From NCBI GenBank assembly GCA_964016885.1, contig OZ024740.1, forward strand, positions 12,338,001 to 12,402,000: 64,000 bases of DNA, given 5' to 3'. The notes under the pieces were generated by a model. That model did no database searches and had not been told where the DNA came from. It worked only from the letters and a program-made list of their open reading frames with translations. The position numbers and the translations under genes are program-made. Source of the DNA: Eledone cirrhosa (Eukaryota). Of the stretch, positions 54,541-64,000 are shown piece after piece. Positions within the stretch are counted from its first letter, which is position 1; every line of letters starts with the position of its first letter.

Positions 54541-54896
54541 GCACACACATACACATACACATACACACAAATATACATACATACCCACATACATACACAT
54601 ATATACCTATATATATATATATATACATACACAGACTCACATACACACACATATGCATACAACCATATAACTAACAACATACGTCCACAGACGCCTGCCT
54701 ACATGCTCGCGTACATCAGCTCTCACGCGCGCACACACGCGCACACATACACACGCACACGCATACATGGACACACACATACGTGCGCGTATATCTGATC
54801 ATATACACAAACACGTACAGACATATACATAGGCACGCTCACGCACATACACACACGTGTCCGTATATAGAGGCACAAAGACAGATTCGCTCCCAA

Positions 54897-54931
<35 letters not shown>

Positions 54932-55000
54932 CATGTATATGTATACACACATAAATGTACACACAAACTAACAAGCCCTTACCCTACAGTAGGTGCACGT

Positions 55001-55045
<45 letters not shown>

Positions 55046-55369
55046 CTCATATACATTCAAACAAATACGCGCCCAATTACCTCCGTGCACACGTACATCT
55101 ACAAAGATACATACACGCATACATATATCTGTCCGTACTCAAATATGATATACTCACAGTCATATAAAACCGCACAATGGGTCGTACAGAGTCATCCATG
55201 AAAGGATGCATCTTGTTATACACATGCACAAATATAAACAGTTTCGATATCACCATGGGGTCGAGGGACTAGGCGCAGGTGACCGATCTGGTGGGGATCT
55301 ATCTCCTCCATATGTTAGCGGAGGAGATCCCAGGGATCGACGGAGGAATATACAGAGACGACGCACTTT

Positions 55370-56734
55370 CACCTTCCGTTCCCTAAACCCCAGCCAGATG
55401 GAGCGTATGAGGAAGCGCATATCGCATTTTTTTAAGCAACACGGCTTATCCGTGACGTTAGATCCTAGCACTAAGACGGTGAATTTCCTGGACGTTACCC
55501 TGGAGATGAATACGGGCATCCACCGACCTTATCACAAGACCAATGATAACCTGCAATATGTGAATAGGCAATCGAACCACCCCAGGTCAGTCATAGAGGC
55601 AATAGTTATCGATATAGGGGTATCGAAACGCGTATCCACCCTGTCGGCCAACGCAGTCGTGTTTAAACAGCACGCCGACTATTATAATGAGGTACTGCGC
55701 AGGGCCGGTTACTCAGATAGCATAGTGTACACTCCAGACAGGGAAGAGCCTAGCGCCGAGGCATGCGGAGACGGCAATAACGGTGGCACTTCCATAGGTA
55801 GAAGAATTGACCCGGTACTAGTCTCTGAGAACACGAATAGCAACAAAGTTCACCTTAATGACACAGGACTGACGATAGGACGGACTAAGGCACGCATGGG
55901 CGCTAGACGACCCAGTTCACGTAGGCATGGGCCCGGCACGAACACCACATGCATCGCGGTAACTGTAACTAGGGACAGGGTAACGACAAGTACGGCCGTG
56001 GCACCCGCTAGAGGGAACACAAGGCCTGGTAGTAGTGGTATAGCCCCGACAACACATAGCATTAAAGAGATTAACAGTGGGGCCGACAATATAGAACGGA
56101 ATACCTTAGTAAGTGATAGGCATAACCATGACACCCACAGCAGATATACAGATAGAGGCAACATAGGGGACGTAATAATAGGCGGGAAAAACCCGAGACG
56201 GACATCAGACTCAGGGCACACTCACACTACTACACACACACGAAAGAACAAGACTAGATCTAAGGCCGTTACATAGTTTAATACGCCATACTCTAAGCAT
56301 GTACGCAGCAACGTGCCAGGACTTTTTTCCCAAGCGTTAGACGAGTGCTTCCCGCCGTCGACCAAATACCTCAGGATTTTCAACCGCCACACGGTGAAGT
56401 TTTCATTTTCCACAGCACCTAACATGGCCGACTACATGGCCAACACCAACGCGGTAAAGATGGGGAAAATCGACCGTCAACCGCGGCGGCAAAATGAACG
56501 TCCATCGGAGCGTGGAGGACCCTTCGGGGACTGGCCTTCTAATAAAAACACTGCTCCCCGGCGGCCGCAACGCCTATGGAAGGCGATACAATCCAGCGCC
56601 AGGAGCGAAGAGTGGCGGGGGGAGACCATCGTGCCGGCGAAATAACACCCTGAGAATCGGGAGAGGGCCCTAGCAGATCGAGGGCCAGGCGTCCAAAGTG
56701 AACAAAACAACGACAGAACATGTAACTGCAGAAC
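55370..56734 (+). pseudogene. GC-rich Naiad-type PLE fragment (RT thumb to Cys linker) with long low-complexity inserts
   Basis: TVNFLDVTL, SNHP, YYNEVLRRAGY, (W>stop)FNTPYS, IFNRHTVKFSFS..PNM; ends at RTCNCR. Confidence 0.85.
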
Positions 56735-59700
56735 TAGTCTCTAGTTTAATATCTTGCTCTAGTCTAATGTCTTGTCTCTAGTCTAATGTCTCTAGTCTAA
56801 TGTCTTGTCTCTAGTCTAATGTCTTGTCTCTAGTCTAATGTCTCTAGTCTAATGTCTTGTCTCTAGTCTAACGTCTTGTCTCTAGTCTAATGTCTCTAGT
56901 CTAATGTCTTGTCTCTAGTCTAATGTCTCTAGTCTAATGTCTTATCTCTAGTCTAATGTCTCTAGACTAATGTCTTGTCTCAAGTCTAATGTCTCTAGTC
57001 TAATGTCTTGTTTCTAGTCTAAAGTCTCTAGTCTAATGTCTCTAGTCTAATGTCTCTAGTCTAATGTCTCTAGTCTAATGTCTTGTCTCTAGTCTAATGA
57101 CTTGTCTCTAGTCTAATGTCTTGTCTCTAGTCTAATGTTTTGTCTCTAGCCTAAAGTCTCTAGTCTAATGTCTTGTCTCTAGTCTAACGTCTTGTCTCTA
57201 GTCTAATGTCTCTAGTCTAATATCTTGTCTCTAGTCTAATGTCTCTTGTCTAATGTCTCTAGTCTAATGTCTTGTCTCTAGTCTAATATCTTGTCTCTAG
57301 TCTAATATCTTGTCACTAGTCTAATTTCTATAGTCTAATGTCTTGTCTCTAGTCTAATGTCTTGTCTCTAGTCTAATATCTTGTCTCTAGTCTAATATCT
57401 TGTCACTAGTCTAATGTCTCTAGTCTAATGTCTTGTCTCTAGTCTAATATCTTGTCTCTAGTCTAATGTCTTGTATCTAGTCTAATGTCTCTAGTCTAAT
57501 GTCTTGTCTCTAGTCTAATACCTTGTCTCTAGTCTAATATCTTGTCTCTGGTCTAATGTCTTGTCTCTAGTCTAATATCTTGTCACTAGTCTAATGTCTC
57601 TAGTCTAATGTCTTGTCTCTAGTCTAATATCTTGTCTCTAGTCTAATGTCTTGTCTCTAGTCTAATATCTTATCTCTAGTCTAATATCTTGTCTCTAGTC
57701 TAATATCTTGTCACTAGTCTAATGTCTCTAGTCTAATGTCTTGTCTCTAGTCTAATGTCTTGTCTCTAGTCAAATATCTTGTCTCTAGTCTAATATCTTG
57801 TCACTAGTCTAATGTCTCTAGTCTAATGTCTTGTCCCTAGTCTAATATCTTGTCTCTAGTCTAATGTCTTGTCTCTAGTCTAATGTCTCTAGTCTAATGT
57901 CTTGTCTCTAGTCTAATATCTTGTCTCTAGTCTAATATCTTGTCTCTAGTCTAATGTCTCTAGTCTAATGTCTTGTCTCTAGTCTAATGTCTTGTCTCTA
58001 GTCTAATATCTTGTCTCTAGTCTAATGTCTCTAGTCTAATGTCTTGTCTCAAGTCTAATATCTTGTCTCTAGTCTAATGTCTTGTCTCTAGTCTAATGTC
58101 TCTAGTCTAATGTCTTGTCTCTAGTCTAATGTCTCTAGTCTAATGTCTTGTCTCTAGTCTAATGACTTGTCTCTAGTCTAATATCTTGTCTCTAGTCTAA
58201 TGTCTTGTCTCTAGTCTAATGTCTCTAGTCTAATGTCTTGTCTCTAGTCTAATGTCTTGTCTCTAGTCTAATATCTTGTCTCTAGTCTAATGTCTTGTCT
58301 CTAGTCTAATGTCTCTAGTCTAATGTCTTGTCTCTAGTCTAATGTCTCTAGTCTAATGTCTGGTCTCTAGTCTAATATCTTGTCTCTAGTCTAATGAATT
58401 GTCTCTAGTCTAATGTCTCTAGTCTAATGTCTTGTCTCTAGTCTAATGTCTCTAGTCTAATGTCTCTAGTCTAATGTCTTGTCTCTAGTCTAATGTCTCT
58501 AGTCTAATGTCTTGTTTCTAGTCTAATGTCTCTAGTCTAATGTCTTGTCTCTAGTCTAATATCTTGTCTCTAGTCTAATGTCTTGTCTCTAGTCTAATGT
58601 CTCTAGTCTAATGTCTTGTCTCTAGTCTAATATCTTGTCTCTAGTCTAATGTCTTGTCTCTAGTCTAATGTCTCTAGTCTAATGTCTTGTTTCTAGTCTA
58701 ATGTCTCTAGTCTAATGTCTTGTCTCTAGTCTAATAACTTGTCTCTAGTCTAATGTCTCTAGTCTAATGTCTTGTCTCTAGTCTAATGTTTCTAGTCTAA
58801 TGTCTTGTCTCTAGTCTAATATCTTGTCTCTAGTCTAATGTCTCTAGTCTAATGTCTCTAGTCTAATGTCTTGTCTCTAGTCTAATATCTTGTCTCTAGT
58901 CTAATGACTCTAGTCTAATGTCTTGTCTCTAGTCTAATGTCTCTAGTCTAATTTCTTGTCTCTAGTCTAATGTCTCTAGTCTAATGTCTTGTCTCCAGTC
59001 TAATATCTTGTCTCTAGTCTAATGTCTCTAGTCTAATGTCTTGTCTCTAGTCTAATGTCTCTAGTCTAATGTCTTGTCTCTAGTCTAATGTATTGTTTCT
59101 AGTCTAATGTCTCTAGTCTAATGTCTTGTCTCTAGTCTAATGTCTCTAGTCTAATGTCTTGTCTCTAGTCTAATATCTTGTCTCTAGTCTAATGTCTTGT
59201 CTCTAGTCTAATGTCTCTAGTCTAATGTCTTGTTTCTAGTCTAATGTCTCTAGTCTAATGTCTTGTCTCTAGTCTAATGTCTTGTCTCTAGTCTAATGTC
59301 TCTAGTCTAATGTCTTGTCTCTAGTCTAATGTCTCTAGTCTAATGTCTTGTCTCTAGTCTAATGTCTCTAGTCTAATGTCTTGTCTCTAGTCTAATGTCT
59401 CTAGTCTAATTTCTTGTCTCTAGTCTAATGTCTCTAGTCTAATGTCTTGTCTCCAGTCTAATATCTCGTCTCTAGTCTAATGTCTCTAGTCTAATGTCTT
59501 GTCTCTAGTCTAATATCTTGTCTCTAGTCTAATGTCTCTAGTCTAATGTCTTGTCTCTAGTCTAATATCTTATCTGTAGTCTAATGTCTCTAGTCTAATG
59601 TCTTGTCTCTAGTCTAATGTCTCTAGTCTAATGTATTGTCTCTAGTCTAACGTCTTGTCTCTAGTCTAATGTCTCTAGTCTAATGTCTCTAGTGTAATGT

Positions 59701-62700
59701 CTTGTCTCTAGTCTAATGTCTTGTCTCTAATCTAATGTCTTGTCTCTAGTCTAATGTCTCTAGTCTAATGTCTTGTCTCTAGTCTAATATCTTGTCTCTA
59801 GTCTAATGTCTTGTCTCTAGTCTAATGTCTCTAGTCTAATGTCTTGTTTCTAGTCTAACGTCTCTAGTATAATGTCTTGTCTCTAGTCCAATATCTTGTC
59901 TCTAGTCTAATGTCTTGTCTCTAGTCTAATGTCTCTAGTCTAATGTCTTGTCTCTAGTCTAACGTCTTGTCTCTAGTGTAATGTCTCTAGTGTAATGTCT
60001 TGTCTCTAGTCTAATGTCTTGTCTCTAGTCTAACGTCTTGTCTCTAGTCTAATGTCTCTAGTCTAATATCTTTCTCTAGTCTAATGTCTCTAGTCTAATG
60101 TCTCTAGTCTAATGTCTTGTCTCTAGTCTAATATCTTGTCTCTAGTCTAATGTCTCTAGTCTAATGTCTTGTCTCTAGTCTAATATCTTGTCTCTAGTCT
60201 AATGACTCTAGTCTAATGTCTTGTGTCTAGTCTAATATCTTGTCTCTTGTCTAATGTCTCTAGTCTAATGTCTTGTCTCTAGTCTAACGTCTTGTCTCTA
60301 GTCTAATGTCTCTAGACTAATGTCTTGTCTCTAGTCTAGTGTCTCTAGTCTAATGTCTTGTCTCTAGTCTAATGTCTTGTCTCTAGTCTAATATCTTGTC
60401 TCTAGTCTAATGTCTTGTCTCTAGTCTAATGTCTCTAGTCTAATGTCTTGTCTCTAGTCTAATGTCTCTAGTCTAATGTCTTGTCTCTAGTCTAATGTCT
60501 TGTCTCTAGTCTAATATCTTGTCTCTAGTCTAATGTCTTGTCTCTAGTCTAATGTCTCTAGTCTAATGTCTTGTCTCTGGTCTAATGTCTCTAGTCTAAT
60601 GTCTTGTCTCTAGTCTAATATCTTGTCTCTAGTCTAATGTCTCTAATCTAATGTCTTGTCTCTAGTCTAATGTCTCTAGTCTAATGTCTTGTCTCTACTC
60701 TAATGTCTTGTCATTAGTCTAATGTCTCTAGTCTAATATCTTGTCTCTAGTCTAATGTCTCTAGTCTAATGTCTAGTCTCTAGTCTAATGTCTCTAGTCT
60801 AACGTCTTGTCTCTAGTCTAATATCTCGTCTCTAGTCTAATGTCTCTAGTCTAATGTCTTGTCTCTAGTCTAATATCTTGTCTCTAGTCTTATGTCTCTA
60901 GTCTAATGTCTTGTCTCTAGTATAATATCTTATCTCTAGTCTAATGTCTCTAGTCTAATGTCTTGTCTCTAGTCTAATGTCTTGTCTCTAGTCTAATGTC
61001 TCTAGTCTAATGTATTGTCTCTAGTCTAACGTCTTGTCTCTAGTCTAATGTCTCTAGTCTAATGTCTCTAGTGTAATGTCTTGTCTCTAGTCTAATGTCT
61101 TGTCTCTAATCTAATGTCTTGTCTCTAGTCTAATGTCTCTAGTCTAATGTCTTGTCTCTAGTCTAATATCTTGTCTCTAGTCTAATGTCTTGTCTCTAGT
61201 CTAATGTCTCTAGTCTAATGTCTTGTTTCTAGTCTAACGTCTCTAGTATAATGTCTTGTCTCTAGTCTAATATCTTGTCTCTAGTCTAATGTCTTGTCTC
61301 TAGTCTAATGTCTCTAGTCTAATGTCTTGTCTCTAGTCTAACGTCTTGTCTCTAGTGTAATGTCTCTAGTGTAATGTCTTGTCTCTAGTCTAATGTCTTG
61401 TCTCTAGTCTAACGTCTTGTCTCTAGTCTAATGTCTCTAGTCTAATATCTTGTCTCTAGTCTAATGTCTCTAGTCTAATATCGTGTCACTAGTCTAATGT
61501 CTCTAGTCTAATATCTTGTCTCTAGTCTAACGTCTTGTCTCTAGTCTAACGTCTCTAGTCTAATATCTTGTCTCTAGTCTAATGTCTCTAGTCTAATATC
61601 TTGTCACTAGTCTAATGTCTCTAGTCTAATGTCTTGTCTCTAGTCTAATGTCTTGTCTCTAGTCTAATGTCTCTAGTCTAATGTCTTGTCTCTAGTCTAA
61701 TGTCTCTAGTCTAACGTCTTGTCTCTAGTCTAACGTCTCTAGTCTAATATCTTGTCTCTAGTCTAATGTCTCTAGTCTAATATCTTGTCACTAGTCTAAT
61801 GTCTCTAGTCTAATGTCTTGTCTCTAGTCTAATACCTTGTCTCTAGTCTAATATCTTGTCTCTGGTCTAATGTCTTGTCTCTAGTCTAATATCTTGTCAC
61901 TAGTCTAATGTCTCTAGTCTAATGTCTTGTCTCTAGTCTAATATCTTGTCTCTAGTCTAATGTCTTGTCTCTAGTCTAATATCTTATCTCTAGTCTAATA
62001 TCTTGTCTCTAGTCTAATATCTTGTCACTAGTCTAATGTCTCTAGTCTAATGTCTTGTCTCTAGTCTAATGTCTTGTCTCTAGTCAAATATCTTGTCTCT
62101 AGTCTAATATCTTGTCACTAGTCTAATGTCTCTAGTCTAATGTCTTGTCCCTAGTCTAATATCTTGTCTCTAGTCTAATGTCTTGTCTCTAGTCTAATGT
62201 CTCTAGTCTAATGTCTTGTCTCTAGTCTAATATCTTGTCTCTAGTCTAATATCTTGTCTCTAGTCTAATGTCTCTAGTCTAATGTCTTGTCTCTAGTCTA
62301 ATGTCTTGTCTCTAGTCTAATATCTTGTCTCTAGTCTAATGTCTCTAGTCTAATGTCTTGTCTCAAGTCTAATATCTTGTCTCTAGTCTAATGTCTTGTC
62401 TCTAGTCTAATGTCTCTAGTCTAATGTCTTGTCTCTAGTCTAATGTCTCTAGTCTAATGTCTTGTCTCTAGTCTAATGACTTGTCTCTAGTCTAATATCT
62501 TGTCTCTAGTCTAATGTCTTGTCTCTAGTCTAATGTCTCTAGTCTAATGTCTTGTCTCTAGTCTAATGTCTTGTCTCTAGTCTAATATCTTGTCTCTAGT
62601 CTAATGTCTTGTCTCTAGTCTAATGTCTCTAGTCTAATGTCTTGTCTCTAGTCTAATGTCTCTAGTCTAATGTCTGGTCTCTAGTCTAATATCTTGTCTC

Positions 62701-64000
62701 TAGTCTAATGAATTGTCTCTAGTCTAATGTCTCTAGTCTAATGTCTTGTCTCTAGTCTAATGTCTCTAGTCTAATGTCTCTAGTCTAATGTCTTGTCTCT
62801 AGTCTAATGTCTCTAGTCTAATGTCTTGTTTCTAGTCTAATGTCTCTAGTCTAATGTCTTGTCTCTAGTCTAATATCTTGTCTCTAGTCTAATGTCTTGT
62901 CTCTAGTCTAATGTCTCTAGTCTAATGTCTTGTCTCTAGTCTAATATCTTGTCTCTAGTCTAATGTCTTGTCTCTAGTCTAATGTCTCTAGTCTAATGTC
63001 TTGTTTCTAGTCTAATGTCTCTAGTCTAATGTCTTGTCTCTAGTCTAATATCTTGTCTCTAGTCTAATGTCTCTAGTCTAATGTCTTGTCTCTAGTCTAA
63101 TGTTTCTAGTCTAATGTCTTGTCTCTAGTCTAATATCTTGTCTCTAGTCTAATGTCTCTAGTCTAATGTCTCTAGTCTAATGTCTTGTCTCTAGTCTAAT
63201 ATCTTGTCTCTAGTCTAATGACTCTAGTCTAATGTCTTGTCTCTAGTCTAATGTCTCTAGTCTAATTTCTTGTCTCTAGTCTAATGTCTCTAGTCTAATG
63301 TCTTGTCTCCAGTCTAATATCTTGTCTCTAGTCTAATGTCTCTAGTCTAATGTCTTGTCTCTAGTCTAATGTCTCTAGTCTAATGTCTTGTCTCTAGTCT
63401 AATGTATTGTTTCTAGTCTAATGTCTCTAGTCTAATGTCTTGTCTCTAGTCTAATGTCTCTAGTCTAATGTCTTGTCTCTAGTCTAATATCTTGTCTCTA
63501 GTCTAATGTCTTGTCTCTAGTCTAATGTCTCTAGTCTAATGTCTTGTCTCTAGTCTAATGTCTTGTCTCTAGTCTAATGTCTCTAGTCTAATGTCTTGTC
63601 TCTAGTCTAATGTCTCTAGTCTAATGTCTTGTCTCTAGTCTAATGTCTCTAGTCTAATGTCTTGTCTCTAGTCTAATGTCTCTAGTCTAATTTCTTGTCT
63701 CTAGTCTAATGTCTCTAGTCTAATGTCTTGTCTCCAGTCTAATATCTCGTCTCTAGTCTAATGTCTCTAGTCTAATGTCTTGTCTCTAGTCTAATATCTT
63801 GTCTCTAGTCTAATGTCTCTAGTCTAATGTCTTGTCTCTAGTCTAATATCTTATCTGTAGTCTAATGTCTCTAGTGTAATGTCTTGTCTCTAGTCTAATG
63901 TCTCTAGTCTAATGTATTGTCTCTAGTCTAACGTCTTGTCTCTAGTCTAATGTCTCTAGTCTAATGTCTCTAGTGTAATGTCTTGTCTCTAGTCTAATGT
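56735..64000. repeat. Satellite array of 14-bp (TCTAGTCTAATGTC) and 19-bp (+TTGTC) units; extends past the window
   Basis: Directly visible; no ORFs in the track; diagnostic variants recur at 4314 bp. Confidence 0.98.

Noticed and set aside
56735-64000. CRISPR-like or telomeric array
   Set aside because: No unique spacers, not TTAGGG-like, and eukaryotic context.

Overview
Repeat-dominated eukaryotic DNA, most likely Octopus (inferred from a recognisable octopus-type SINE tail and the microsatellite density). No host gene can be called with confidence. The window holds five classes of repeat. (1) Nine copies of a Tx1/L1-clade LINE: two full-length, one with an intact 1143-aa APE-RT-Zn ORF2. 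Nearly all abut (TATC)n tracts, and six form a ~9.6 kb head-to-tail array. (2) A young 5'-truncated R4/Dong-type RLE LINE sitting in (TACA)n. (3) Four coding Penelope-like elements: one Neptune-type with an inverted pLTR and three Naiad-type. (4) Ten type-I hammerhead ribozyme motifs read directly from the sequence. Most lie in small non-coding elements built as a partial tandem of a 430-655 nt monomer, often with a 5' inversion, i.e. retrozyme-like or non-autonomous Penelope-like families. (5) Many micro- and minisatellites, ending in a >7 kb satellite of 14/19-bp units with a 4314-bp higher-order repeat. The long His/Thr and Val/Cys ORFs in the ORF track are translations of CA/GT repeats. 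All motifs and structures were found by eye and have not been computed.
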